Assembly: GCA_023244855.1 (NCBI GenBank)
Contig: JAHFLO010000002.1
Location: forward strand, 8,017 to 72,016
Direction: 5' to 3'
Length of the DNA: 64,000 bases
Source of the DNA: Candidatus Harrisonbacteria bacterium
GTDB lineage: Bacteria > Patescibacteriota > Minisyncoccia > UBA6257 > UBA11618
A program made the position numbers and the translations under genes. Below, piece by piece: positions 17,265 to 26,429 of this stretch (positions within the stretch are counted from its first letter, which is position 1; every line of letters begins with the position of its first letter). Under the pieces are notes generated by a model. The model made no database searches and was not told the origin of the DNA. It was given only the letters and a program-made list of their open reading frames with translations.

Positions 17265-17265
17265 G

Positions 17266-17685
17266 ATGACTATAGAAGAAACGCAAAAATACGCGGAAGA
17301 GTTGGCGGCGTCTGTGTCGTTAGGTAGGCGGGTGTTTGCACTCGTGGGGGATTTAGGTGCGGGTAAGACTACCTTTTCGCGTTTCTTTTTGCGCGCATTA
17401 GGCGTTGTGGAGCCGGTGACGAGCCCAACCTTCGTTATTATGAAAAATTATTCACTTATACATCCGCAATTTACCCGCGCGTGCCATGTGGATTGCTATC
17501 GCTTAAAAAGTCCGGAAGAAATGACAGCGCTCGGTTTCACTCAGATTCTTACGGACGAAAAGATAATTATTCTTGTCGAGTGGGCAGACCGTATCGCAGA
17601 TATGCTGCCGCAGAGTACCGTGTGGATCGACTTCGCTCATATAAATGAAGTAAATCGACATATCGTCCCGCGCGCCGAAAAATAA
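17266..17685 (+). CDS. tsaE: tRNA threonylcarbamoyladenosine biosynthesis protein TsaE
   Basis: P-loop GDLGAGKTTFSR followed by SPTF motif. Start chosen at the ATG 2 nt after the ruvB stop. Confidence 0.8.
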   Translation: MTIEETQKYAEELAASVSLGRRVFALVGDLGAGKTTFSRFFLRALGVVEPVTSPTFVIMKNYSLIHPQFTRACHVDCYRLKSPEEMTALGFTQILTDEKIIILVEWADRIADMLPQSTVWIDFAHINEVNRHIVPRAEK

Positions 17686-17688
17686 AAT

Positions 17689-18552
17689 ATGAAACAGTTT
17701 CTTTTAATAGATTCGCATGCGCTGATCCATCGGTTTTTCCATGCCCTGCCACCCCTTACGACCCCCACGGGGGATCCGGTGGGTGTGGTATACGGCATGG
17801 CGAATATTATGTTGAAGCTCCATCGTGAGCAAAGGCCGGATTACGTTGCCGCCGTGTTCGACCGGCCGGAGAAGACGTTCCGCGAGGAGATGTTTACGGA
17901 CTACAAAGTGCATCGCCCACCCGCGCCCGACGACCTTATCAGTCAGTTTAAAAAAGTTCGCGACCTATTCGATAGATTTTCGGTGAAGACAGTCGAGTTT
18001 CCGGGGTACGAGGCGGACGACCTCATCGGCAGTTTAGTTGAGCGCTTTAAAGATGAGCCCGATATTACGCTTACTATTCTTACGGGCGACTTAGACTTAC
18101 TTCAGCTCGTGGACGGCGACCGCGTGGTCGTGAAGTTTTTGCAAAAAGGCATGAGCGACACGAAGATGTATAACGAAGCGGCGGTGCTTGAGCGGTACGG
18201 CGTCATGCCGAAAGTTCTGCCGGACTTAAAGGGCTTGTTGGGCGACCAGTCAGATAATATCCCCGGCGTGGCGGGCGTGGGGCCGAAGACGGCGACGCCC
18301 TTGATCCAAAAATACGGCACGCTCGAAAACCTGATAGACCACTTATGGGAAGTGCCGGATAAGGTCGGCATGAAGATAGACGCGGCGCGCGAAACAGCAC
18401 TTTTTTCGAAAAAACTTGCGACTATCGCCCGCAACGCGCCGCTTGCGGTCGAGGGCATCGGCGATTTCGTCTTGAAGCCGCTCGATTCCGCGCACGTGCG
18501 CCCGTATTTCGAATCGCTCGGCTTCAAAAGCCTCGCGGAACGATTATCGTAA
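17689..18552 (+). CDS. 5'-3' exonuclease (FEN-like, Pol I N-terminal-domain homolog)
   Basis: LLIDSHALIHRFFHA N-terminus, acidic metal-binding clusters (DxD, GDLDLLQL), and HhH GVAGVGPKTA motif. Confidence 0.8.
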   Translation: MKQFLLIDSHALIHRFFHALPPLTTPTGDPVGVVYGMANIMLKLHREQRPDYVAAVFDRPEKTFREEMFTDYKVHRPPAPDDLISQFKKVRDLFDRFSVKTVEFPGYEADDLIGSLVERFKDEPDITLTILTGDLDLLQLVDGDRVVVKFLQKGMSDTKMYNEAAVLERYGVMPKVLPDLKGLLGDQSDNIPGVAGVGPKTATPLIQKYGTLENLIDHLWEVPDKVGMKIDAARETALFSKKLATIARNAPLAVEGIGDFVLKPLDSAHVRPYFESLGFKSLAERLS

Positions 18553-18575
18553 ATTCTTGTGATACAGTTATTCAT

Positions 18576-19625
18576 ATGGAAGATGGGCTTTTAGGGGCGT
18601 TAGCCGCGGATATCGACGAGGCATTTGTGGCGTACGACGCGGACTTTACCGTCCGCGCTATTAACAAGCGCGCGGAGGATATGTTTGGCGTTTCCGCTAC
18701 TAATCTTATCGGCAAGCAATTCTCGCTCGAGCTCGCGAAGGATCCGGCGCGTGCGGTTTTTGCGGGTGTTATGTACCCGTCCTTGGCGCCCACGCTCGTG
18801 CGGTTATCGGACGCGGGTACGGAGCCCCAGCAGGCGAAGATTATTTTTGAAAATCCGCACCGTGAATTTTTTACGTCAACGCGGCGCGTGCCAACAGGCT
18901 TTATGAAGGTGGTGCGCGAGGTTACACGCGAGGGGTCTTTAATGCAATCGAAGAGCGATTTTATAACCGTGGCGGCGCACCAACTGCGAACGCCTGCAAC
19001 CGCCATCAATTGGACGTTCGAGAATTTGGAAAAAGAGGAGGGATTGCCGGATGCGGCGCGTGAAGCCGTGGCGACCGGTCGCGCGGCAGCGAAGAACCTA
19101 CTCGACGTCATTACGCACCTGTTGGACGCCGCGCAGATTGAGGACGGGCGCTTCGGGTATTCCTTCGAGCCGACGGATCTCGTGGGTTTTTTAGATACGC
19201 TCTTGGGGAGGGCTTTGCCCGTGGGTAAGCTCTATGGTGTGAATATTTATTTTGATCGCCCACAAGGGGCTGTTATGGTTGCAGCAGATCCATCGAAGCT
19301 TGGTATGGCGATAGCGAACTTAGTGGATAACGGCATCAAGTACAACGCCGCAGGCGGTAGTGTTACCGTGACACTTGTTTCAGGTGGTGGTAATGCGGAA
19401 ATTAGGATTACAGATACGGGTGTAGGTATTGCCGAGGCTGATATACCGAAGCTCTTCCAGAAGTTTTATCGTGGGGAGGGGGTGATGAAAAAAGTAACCG
19501 AAGGGACAGGCTTAGGGCTCTACTTGGCAAAAAATATTATCGAGGGGCATAAGGGCACGATACGAGTCGAGTCTGCGGAGGGGCGCGGCACTACCTTTTT
19601 TATAACTATCCCGCTTGCATTATGA
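18576..19625 (+). CDS. sensor histidine kinase (PAS-like N-terminus, HisKA, HATPase_c), orphan
   Basis: H-box AAHQLRTPATAI, N-box LVDNGIKYN, G-boxes DTGVGI and GTGLGL. No response regulator adjacent. Confidence 0.75.
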   Translation: MEDGLLGALAADIDEAFVAYDADFTVRAINKRAEDMFGVSATNLIGKQFSLELAKDPARAVFAGVMYPSLAPTLVRLSDAGTEPQQAKIIFENPHREFFTSTRRVPTGFMKVVREVTREGSLMQSKSDFITVAAHQLRTPATAINWTFENLEKEEGLPDAAREAVATGRAAAKNLLDVITHLLDAAQIEDGRFGYSFEPTDLVGFLDTLLGRALPVGKLYGVNIYFDRPQGAVMVAADPSKLGMAIANLVDNGIKYNAAGGSVTVTLVSGGGNAEIRITDTGVGIAEADIPKLFQKFYRGEGVMKKVTEGTGLGLYLAKNIIEGHKGTIRVESAEGRGTTFFITIPLAL

Positions 19626-20392
19626 TTGTCTTTTTATACGGGCCGGATGCATATAGGCGCAGCCGTAAAGAAAAGCAGTTGGTTGCCGAATACCGTAAAA
19701 AGCATTCGGGATTATCCGTTGAGTTTTTCGACGTGGCGGAAGGCGCTACATGGGACGACGTGCGGAGCGCGGTAAAGAATCGCTCGCTTTTCGACGACAA
19801 GAAGCTTGCCGTAATGAACGTCCGCGACGGGGCGGTTTTTGTGAAAGAGGAAATCAAGTGGCTTAAGGCACTTGCGGCGAATACAGACGAGACTGTTTTT
19901 ATAACCGCGGACGGAGCGCCTTTGAAGTCGTTTGCATTCCTCTTTGCGGCTCCCGTGCATGCGCAAGAGTTTACGGAGCTTTCTGGTAAAGCGCTCCAGA
20001 CGTTCGTGGAGGCGGAGGCGGCGCAAAGGGGATTAAAGATGGGCGCACAGGGCCTAGCCCGGCTCGCTGCGGAATATCGCGGCGACATGTGGGGGCTTAT
20101 GACGGAGATCGATCGGCTCTCGCTTTCGTCCGCGAAAGACTTCGTTTCCGAAAAACAGGATCCGGAAGATTTTATTGGTGTTATAAAAAAACTGGCGTAT
20201 GGGGGCGGTGTTCAGTCTCTTACCACGCTCGAACGGGCACTTGCTCACGAGGATCCGGCAAAGATTTTTAACGTCTTAGCGGCCTTTACCTCGGGTGAAA
20301 AAAAGCGCCGTATGGCGGACTATGACGCCGCCATAAAATTCGGCACGCTGGACTACGAATCCGCCCTCACGGATATGATTATACGAGGATAA
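19622..20392 (+). CDS. holA: probable DNA polymerase III delta subunit (short form)
   Basis: N-terminal IVFLYGPDAYRRSRKEKQL pattern and overall helical clamp-loader delta-like layout. Weak, by pattern only. Confidence 0.45.
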   Translation: MIVFLYGPDAYRRSRKEKQLVAEYRKKHSGLSVEFFDVAEGATWDDVRSAVKNRSLFDDKKLAVMNVRDGAVFVKEEIKWLKALAANTDETVFITADGAPLKSFAFLFAAPVHAQEFTELSGKALQTFVEAEAAQRGLKMGAQGLARLAAEYRGDMWGLMTEIDRLSLSSAKDFVSEKQDPEDFIGVIKKLAYGGGVQSLTTLERALAHEDPAKIFNVLAAFTSGEKKRRMADYDAAIKFGTLDYESALTDMIIRG

Positions 20393-20424
20393 AAAAATCT
20401 CCCGCGGTTGCGAGAGATTTTTTA
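20393..20424. terminator. bidirectional rho-independent terminator between holA-like gene and rpsT
   Basis: aaaaatctc-ccgcggttgcga-gagattttt: 9-bp stem flanked by A-run and T-run. Confidence 0.5.
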
Positions 20425-20670
20425 TTAGGCAGCGACTTTTGCGAGACGCTTCGCTAAGCGGGACTTAAGGCGGGATGCACGATTCTTGTGGATCGTGTGC
20501 TTTTTCGCTGCCTTGTCGATTCCCTTATAGGCGGTTGCGAGTAAGTCTTGCGCCGGAGCTTTTTTGAAGATTTTTACGGCCTCCTTCATGGTTTTCTTGC
20601 GCGCGTCATTAACCGCTTTCTTGCGCGCGTTCTGCCTGAGGGCTTTTTTGGCTGATTTCGTTATCGGCAT
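20425..20670 (-). CDS. rpsT: 30S ribosomal protein S20
   Basis: MPITKSAKKALRQNARKK…RLAKRLAKV is typical S20. Start taken at MPITK. Confidence 0.85.
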   Translation of the reverse strand: MPITKSAKKALRQNARKKAVNDARKKTMKEAVKIFKKAPAQDLLATAYKGIDKAAKKHTIHKNRASRLKSRLAKRLAKVAA

Positions 20671-20748
20671 AGTAGTCCACATAGTATGCCTTTTTCATTG
20701 ATTTTTTGCAAGTCGGTATTTTCTTGAAGAGTGGTATGATGTAGGGAT

Positions 20749-21903
20749 ATGGATAAGAGGGTCAGCGCGAGCATATTTTTTTCAATTTTAGCGTTCGTTT
20801 TCTTTCCCTCGCTCACCCTCGCCGCCGTCCAACAAGCCACTATCATAACCCGTCCCGGCGTCGTGACCGCCCCTATTAAATACTACTTCGATCTCTCCTC
20901 CGCACTCAGTGAAGGCGTGAACCAAGGCGTGAAAGTAACCGTCTCCGCCTCAAACAGCGAAAAGACCGCCGTCCGCTTTGATTCCGTTAAGCTCTTTGAT
21001 CAATCAGGCGCAACCGTCGGCAATAACGTCGCTTCTAAAACAGACGCTCTCACGGCAAATCCGTACGGCTTTACTTTCGACAACTTTGGCGTCGCACCCG
21101 CAGACCTCGCAAAGGTGGCAGGTGTGCAAATAACCTTCATGGATCTTGGTGGCGAAAACCCCACGGGCAAAGTAACCATACAGAGCGTTGCTGTATCCGT
21201 CATACGGGACACAGGAGAGGCGTGTGTGATAATTGACCCGATAGTCATCACCACACCACCACCGCCGATACCTACTATCACGCAGATACAATCATCACGT
21301 CCGCTCGTGCAGCCGGGGACGCATGGTGATGGGGGAAGTGGGGGTTCGGGCGGGGGGTCGGGGGCGTCGCAGGGGCCGACTGAGTTGGCGACTGTTGTTG
21401 ATTATTGTCCAAGCTCATGTGGCGGCACATGGGGGAGTGGAGCTGAATGGTATACGTCTACTGCGGCAAATTCTCCTTCTAGTTATCTTAAGGGAACAGG
21501 TACGGGATTTTCAGTTCCTACGGGGGCGACTATTAATGGGATTATTCTTACTATTTCAAAACGTGGCGAAGGATTATCGGGCGAAGAAGTTTCTGATAGC
21601 GCTGTACGGCTTATAAAAAATGCGGTACTAGCTGGGGAAAGTAAGCATAAAATAGGTATATGGCCGACAAGCGCACAAACTTTTACCTATGGAGGATCTG
21701 GTGATGTATGGGGGTTATCACTTACCCCTGCAGATGTTAATAGTTTAAGTGATTTTGGCGCTGCTATTAATATAACCGGCGGAACTACTGGCACAGGGTA
21801 CATAAATAGCATGAAGATGACCGTTTATTACACCCCGCTCGGCGGGTCGGTATACGATTCGTTTATGGATCTCATCCGGGCATTTTTCGGAAAAATCCGT
21901 TGA
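20749..21903 (+). CDS. secreted protein with signal peptide, Pro-rich linker and Gly/Ser-rich segment
   Basis: Signal peptide FFSILAFVFFPSLTLAAV, TTPPPPIPT linker, GDGGSGGSGGGSGASQG, and a Cys pair CPSSCGG. No catalytic motif recognised. Confidence 0.5.
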   Translation: MDKRVSASIFFSILAFVFFPSLTLAAVQQATIITRPGVVTAPIKYYFDLSSALSEGVNQGVKVTVSASNSEKTAVRFDSVKLFDQSGATVGNNVASKTDALTANPYGFTFDNFGVAPADLAKVAGVQITFMDLGGENPTGKVTIQSVAVSVIRDTGEACVIIDPIVITTPPPPIPTITQIQSSRPLVQPGTHGDGGSGGSGGGSGASQGPTELATVVDYCPSSCGGTWGSGAEWYTSTAANSPSSYLKGTGTGFSVPTGATINGIILTISKRGEGLSGEEVSDSAVRLIKNAVLAGESKHKIGIWPTSAQTFTYGGSGDVWGLSLTPADVNSLSDFGAAINITGGTTGTGYINSMKMTVYYTPLGGSVYDSFMDLIRAFFGKIR

Positions 21904-22256
21904 TTTTTTGCAAGTGCGGTGGCACGATAGGCTTTAGGACATTTCGGTTTAACCTTTCCACTTATGGAGGATTCGCCATGCGTTGGATTCCGGTAATTGC
22001 GGTACTTGTTTTTGTATTTTGCAAGGGATTCATAGCGGCGACGACAAAAGCTCCTTTAGATCCGCCGCCAGCGCAGACCATTCGTTTGGAGGTTCCCGAA
22101 GTCACGGCTTTTGAGGAAATATCTCCGCCCGAAGGGGACGTATGTCAGCACTTTGCGATTACATTTGATAACGGGGAGCGTGTCGTCGTGAAAGTTAAGT
22201 CGGCGCTGATTGAGGACTGGGCGACGAAGACAATCAAGAGCAAGCTTTCGTGGTAA
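21900..22256 (+). CDS. small secreted/membrane-anchored protein
   Basis: N-terminal hydrophobic segment WIPVIAVLVFVFC. ATGA overlap with the upstream gene. Confidence 0.35.
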   Translation: MIFCKCGGTIGFRTFRFNLSTYGGFAMRWIPVIAVLVFVFCKGFIAATTKAPLDPPPAQTIRLEVPEVTAFEEISPPEGDVCQHFAITFDNGERVVVKVKSALIEDWATKTIKSKLSW

Positions 22257-22326
22257 GTCTGCGGCATATCGAAGGGCGGGTGGCGCATTGCGCCCCCGTC
22301 TTTTTCTTCGTATACATATAGGGAAT

Positions 22327-22902
22327 ATGATTTACTCGCTTTCGGGGCTTATTTTGCGCAAGCGCCAGCCTTTTGCCGTTATTGGCGTAGGTGGTGTTGG
22401 CTATAAGGTGTCCGTGCCTGCGCGCGTGTACGAGGCGTTGCCGGAGGTGGGCGCCCCCGTTTTTTTATATTGTCACTTCGTGGTGCGTGATGACGCGCAG
22501 GAGTTGTACGGCTTTTTGCGCGAGGATGATCTCGTTTTTTTTGAGAAACTTCTTACGGTAAACGGCGTGGGGCCGAAGTCGGGGTTGGCTATTATGGGGC
22601 TTTCGGAGCCAGAGGAATTAGCGGCCGCAATTACCGAAGGTAGGGCGGACGTCTTCATGCGCGCGGCGGGCGTGGGTAAGAAGACTGCCGAGCGTGTAGT
22701 GCTTGAGCTACGCGGCAAGTTGCCGACGATACAGTCCGAAGCTGCGGTGGCTCGCATGGAGCACGATATGGATGTAGAAGAGGCACTTGTCGGTTTAGGG
22801 TATGCGCGTCATGACGCCAAGCGCGTGGTGGCGCAAATCGACCGTGAAATTACGGATATTGAAGGGCGGCTCCGTGCCGCGCTTAAAGTGCTTAAAAAAT
22901 AA
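22327..22902 (+). CDS. ruvA: Holliday junction DNA helicase RuvA
   Basis: MIYSLSGLI…GVGYKVSVP OB fold, HhH GVGPKSGLAIMG, and C-terminal domain III. The track ORF's 39-aa N-terminal extension is rejected. Confidence 0.85.
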   Translation: MIYSLSGLILRKRQPFAVIGVGGVGYKVSVPARVYEALPEVGAPVFLYCHFVVRDDAQELYGFLREDDLVFFEKLLTVNGVGPKSGLAIMGLSEPEELAAAITEGRADVFMRAAGVGKKTAERVVLELRGKLPTIQSEAAVARMEHDMDVEEALVGLGYARHDAKRVVAQIDREITDIEGRLRAALKVLKK

Positions 22903-24065
22903 TGAAAAAGATTTATATATTTTTACGCGATATATTCTATCACCGCATCATGGCGTTTATTGCCGCCGCCTTGTATGGCTTTCCGAGTCGGCGCCTTACG
23001 GTGATCGGCGTTACGGGCACGAAGGGAAAGTCCACAACCGTGGAGCTTATTGCGCACATACTCGAATCCGCGGGTAAAAAAGTCGCGGTGAGCTCATCCG
23101 TACGCAATACCGTATCCGGCATGACGATGCCCGGTTGTTTTAAGTTGCAGCGACTTTTGCGCGACGCAGTCTCCTCCGGGTGTGAGTACGCAGTAATGGA
23201 GGTCACATCGCAGGGCGTGGTTCAGCATCGGCATCGGTTTATACGGTGGGCGGTTGCCGTTTTTACCAATCTCGCGCCGGAGCATGTGGAGGCGCATGGT
23301 AGTTTTGAAAATTATCGCGCGGCGAAAGTCGCGTTCTTCGAATATGTGGCAAAAAATCCGAAGGCGGTATTTGTAATAAATAAGGATGATGAAAATGCAC
23401 CCTACTTCATACGCGCTGCACAGCATCATAAGAAAATAGTATTTAGCAGGGAGCAGGCGCCGACGACCTTATACGGGGTATTTAATGAATATAATGCGGG
23501 TGCGGCACTTGCGGTTGCTTCAGCGCTCAATATATTTGAAGATGTGGCGCGTCGTGCGGTGGGTGATTTTAAGGGGGTATATGGGCGCATGGAGTTTTTA
23601 CAGCGTAATCCGTTTACGGTGGTCGTCGATTATGCCGTAACGCCGGATTCACTGCGCGCTGCCTATAATGCGTTCGCGGGCAGTCGGATCATCGCGGTAT
23701 TCGGTTGTACCGGCGGCGGGCGTGATACGTGGAAGCGTCGTGTAATGGGGGGCATTGCGGGGGAGGTGTGCGCGGCAGTCGTCTTAACAGACGACGATTC
23801 ATACGACGAAGATACGGAATCGATTATGGCGGAAATCGAGGTGGGTCTTGTTTCGACGAAAGAAGGCGCGTGGAAGATCGGGGAGAATTATTGGAAGATC
23901 GTAAGCCGCCGCGCGGCGATCGAGAAGGGATTATCGTTAGCAGGGGAGGGCGACGTAGTCCTTGTGACGGGTAAGGGCGGGGATAAGTGGTTGCGCATGA
24001 AGCGTGGTGTGAAGATTCCGTGGAGCGATCAAGATGTCATTCGTGATATCCTGAAAGCACTGTAA
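22902..24065 (+). CDS. Mur ligase family protein lacking the usual N-terminal substrate domain
   Basis: P-loop VIGVTGTKGKSTT at residue ~36 (about 100+ in MurC-F). Central-domain motif VFTNLAPEHVEAHGSFENYRAAK and C-terminal GKGGDKW. The architecture fits several different Mur-ligase-fold subfamilies. Confidence 0.6.
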   Translation: MKKIYIFLRDIFYHRIMAFIAAALYGFPSRRLTVIGVTGTKGKSTTVELIAHILESAGKKVAVSSSVRNTVSGMTMPGCFKLQRLLRDAVSSGCEYAVMEVTSQGVVQHRHRFIRWAVAVFTNLAPEHVEAHGSFENYRAAKVAFFEYVAKNPKAVFVINKDDENAPYFIRAAQHHKKIVFSREQAPTTLYGVFNEYNAGAALAVASALNIFEDVARRAVGDFKGVYGRMEFLQRNPFTVVVDYAVTPDSLRAAYNAFAGSRIIAVFGCTGGGRDTWKRRVMGGIAGEVCAAVVLTDDDSYDEDTESIMAEIEVGLVSTKEGAWKIGENYWKIVSRRAAIEKGLSLAGEGDVVLVTGKGGDKWLRMKRGVKIPWSDQDVIRDILKAL

Positions 24066-25390
24066 TGAAAATTTCTTTTTTCGGGGGCGCTTCCGAAGTT
24101 ACGGGCGCTAATTACGTTCTCGAGTCGGGCACTACGCGCATTATGGTGGACTGCGGTTTGCACCAAGGCTCGGGCGCGCGCGAAGAGATAAACTGGGCGG
24201 AGTTTGCGTACGATGTAACGAAAATTGATGCGCTTTTCGTAACGCATCCGCATATCGACCATATCGGGCGCGTACCGCTTCTTATGAAGCGTGGCTTCCG
24301 CGGGAAGATCTATTCCACGCCGCCCGCGCGGGATGCTGCGCACGAGCTTTTGCTCGATTCTGAACACTTACTTTTCGGTATTGCGGATAGGGCTGGCGTT
24401 CCACCCTTATACGGGCCGGAGGATGTTTTCCGCGCTATGAGCGTATGGGAGGGCGTACCGTACCACCGCTCCATAACCGTGGGCGATTGCACGGTAACGC
24501 TCTATAACGCCGGCCACGTACTCGGCTCGAGCTCGGTTTTGGTGCAGGGCAAAGACGGTAAGCGTATTTTGTTTTCGGGTGACTTAGGTAATAACCCTGC
24601 GCCGCTGTTAGGCGGCAAGGACATGATGCCGGATGCGGATTACTGCTTAATAGAATCCGCATACGGTAACCGTATCCACGAAGATCTCGCGCATCGTCGC
24701 GAGCTCTTGGAAGACGCTATCGAGGATACAGTGAAAAATGGTGGCGTGCTTATGATCCCGACCTTTGCGCTTGAGCGTACGCAGGAACTCTTAGCCGAGT
24801 TGGATGATTTAATAACGAGCGGCCGCATACCGCCAGTACCCGTATACATGGATAGTCCGCTTGCCATCCGCCTTACGGCAATTTACAAAAAGTATCCCGA
24901 TTATTTAAAAGCGGGTACGTTTGATTTCCATTTCAAGGAATTGCATATAACCTCAACTACCGAGCAGTCGAAGGCAATTAACCTCGCGCCCGCGCCGAAG
25001 GTTGTCATTGCAGGGTCAGGTATGTCGAACGGCGGGCGTATACTGCACCACGAAAAGAATTATCTGCCTGATCCGAAGTCGATGTTTCTCGCTATCGGCT
25101 ACCAAGCAGAGGGCACACTCGGCAGGCGTATACTCGATGGAGATAAATCCGTAACCATATTCGGCGAAGACGTGCCGGTACGTTGTAAGGTGCGTGCAAT
25201 CGGCGGCTACTCCGCACATGCGGACCAGAAGCAATTATTGGAATGGATCTCTACCGGCAGGGATTCGCTTAAGCGCGTATTCGTCGTGCAGGGTGAAGGG
25301 GAGTCAAGTCTCGTTTTGGCGCAAAAGATGCGCGACGAATTCGCCCTTAACGCTATCGTCCCCGAAGCGGGGAAGACTTACGAATTATAG
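24065..25390 (+). CDS. beta-CASP family metallo-beta-lactamase RNA-metabolising nuclease
   Basis: HxHxDH motif VTHPHIDHIG, beta-CASP motifs and RNA-specificity C-terminal domain. Distinct from the RNase J at 39479. Confidence 0.7.
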   Translation: MKISFFGGASEVTGANYVLESGTTRIMVDCGLHQGSGAREEINWAEFAYDVTKIDALFVTHPHIDHIGRVPLLMKRGFRGKIYSTPPARDAAHELLLDSEHLLFGIADRAGVPPLYGPEDVFRAMSVWEGVPYHRSITVGDCTVTLYNAGHVLGSSSVLVQGKDGKRILFSGDLGNNPAPLLGGKDMMPDADYCLIESAYGNRIHEDLAHRRELLEDAIEDTVKNGGVLMIPTFALERTQELLAELDDLITSGRIPPVPVYMDSPLAIRLTAIYKKYPDYLKAGTFDFHFKELHITSTTEQSKAINLAPAPKVVIAGSGMSNGGRILHHEKNYLPDPKSMFLAIGYQAEGTLGRRILDGDKSVTIFGEDVPVRCKVRAIGGYSAHADQKQLLEWISTGRDSLKRVFVVQGEGESSLVLAQKMRDEFALNAIVPEAGKTYEL

Positions 25391-25437
25391 AGGTTGCTAA
25401 AAAATTAAGCCGTCATTCCTGATTTTTAATTTTCGGT

Positions 25438-25479
25438 AATTTACTATAACTATGCCGGTCGGCATAGTTATAGTAAATT
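25438..25479. repeat. perfect 20-bp-arm palindrome (copy 1 of a repeated palindromic element)
   Basis: aatttactataactatgccg-gt-cggcatagttatagtaaatt, just after the stop of the beta-CASP gene. Related copy at 38350-38389. Confidence 0.6.
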
Positions 25480-25535
25480 GGATTTCGGGGGTTGGATTTC
25501 GATAATTTTATTATTCTGCGTGATATACTGCTTGT

Positions 25536-26129
25536 ATGTCAGAAAAGTCAGCGGCGTTGCACGCCAAGTATCACCGGAAGACGCGGTATAAAATTTGCAT
25601 ATCGGGTGCGGCCGAAACCGGCCACTGTTCTATGGATACTCTCCAGAGGGCGGAGGAGATGGGTAGGGAAATTGCGAAGGCGAATATGGTGCTTTTAACC
25701 GGTGCCACCACTGGCACGCCGTATTGGGCGGCTAAAGGAGCAAAGTCTGCGGGCGGGCTTGTTATCGGTTTTTCGCCGGCGTCGTCTGAGCTCGCGCACG
25801 TAAAGACCTATCGGCTCCCCATCGACTACCATGACGACATCGTTTTCACCGGCTTCGAGTATTCGGGCCGTAATTGGATCCTTACCCGCGCGGCAGATGC
25901 CGTTATTACCATTTGCGGGCGCATCGGCACCCTTAACGAATTCACGGCATCGTTTGAAGACGGAAAGCCCTCGGGCGTTTTAGAGGGCACGGGCGGCACG
26001 GCGGACTATATTAAGGATATTTTGGATAAGTCCCACAGGGGGTACGGTAATACTGTGTTTTCATCTGATCCAAAAGAGCTTCTTAAGCTCGTTATGAAAA
26101 AAATCGAGGAGCGCGAGAAGTCGTTTTAG
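25536..26129 (+). CDS. LOG/SLOG-fold protein (TIGR00725-like Rossmann protein)
   Basis: KICISGAAETGHC…VLLTGATTGTPYWAAKGAKSAGGLVIGFSP and ICGRIGTLNEF match the LOG/DprA-like SLOG pattern (GxGxxG … PGGxGTxxE). Confidence 0.55.
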   Translation: MSEKSAALHAKYHRKTRYKICISGAAETGHCSMDTLQRAEEMGREIAKANMVLLTGATTGTPYWAAKGAKSAGGLVIGFSPASSELAHVKTYRLPIDYHDDIVFTGFEYSGRNWILTRAADAVITICGRIGTLNEFTASFEDGKPSGVLEGTGGTADYIKDILDKSHRGYGNTVFSSDPKELLKLVMKKIEEREKSF

Positions 26130-26196
26130 ATTTAAGAGGTGAATAGACATAAGGAAGGTAAATGGCTATGATTGGCGTGTCTTTTGTATCTACCTT

Positions 26197-26270
26197 GCAC
26201 CCATAGTTCAACGGATAGAATATAGCCCTCCGAAGGCTGGGATTGTGGTTCGATTCCACATGGGTGCACC
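26197..26270 (+). tRNA. tRNA-Arg (anticodon CCG)
   Basis: Manual cloverleaf: acceptor GCACCCA/TGGGTGC, D arm GTTC…GAAT, anticodon stem TAGCC/GGCTG with loop CTCCGAA, T arm TGTGG-TTCGATT-CCACA, discriminator A. CCA not encoded. Confidence 0.85.
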
Positions 26271-26280
26271 GCGTAAAGAA

Positions 26281-26315
26281 AAACAGCAGAGCATTTTAAT
26301 GTCCTGCTGTTTTTC
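26281..26315 (+). terminator. rho-independent terminator after tRNA-Arg
   Basis: acagcag…ctgctgt stem followed by TTTT. Confidence 0.5.
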
Positions 26316-26370
26316 CACGCGGTAGGCACGTGATGGGATTTTTAAGAATCTCATTTTACGTGCTACCTTT

Positions 26371-26420
26371 AAAAAATGAAAACGCCGCGCGGATGTGGAG
26401 TCCGTACGGCGTTGGTTTTC
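26371..26420 (-). terminator. terminator of the minus-strand CDF transporter gene (hairpin aacgccg…cggcgtt with A-run upstream on plus strand)
   Basis: 7-bp GC-rich stem preceded on the plus strand by aaaaaatgaaaa (U-run on minus). Also followed by gttggttttc, so possibly bidirectional. Confidence 0.4.
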
Positions 26421-26429
26421 GATTCGGGT

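Noticed and set aside
22210-22326. Upstream extension of ruvA ORF (MRTGRRRQSRASFRG…)
   Set aside because: RuvA homology starts at MIYSLSGLI. The extension is Arg-rich and overlaps the preceding gene.
26132-26329. 65-aa minus-strand ORF
   Set aside because: It lies antisense to tRNA-Arg(CCG) and its terminator.
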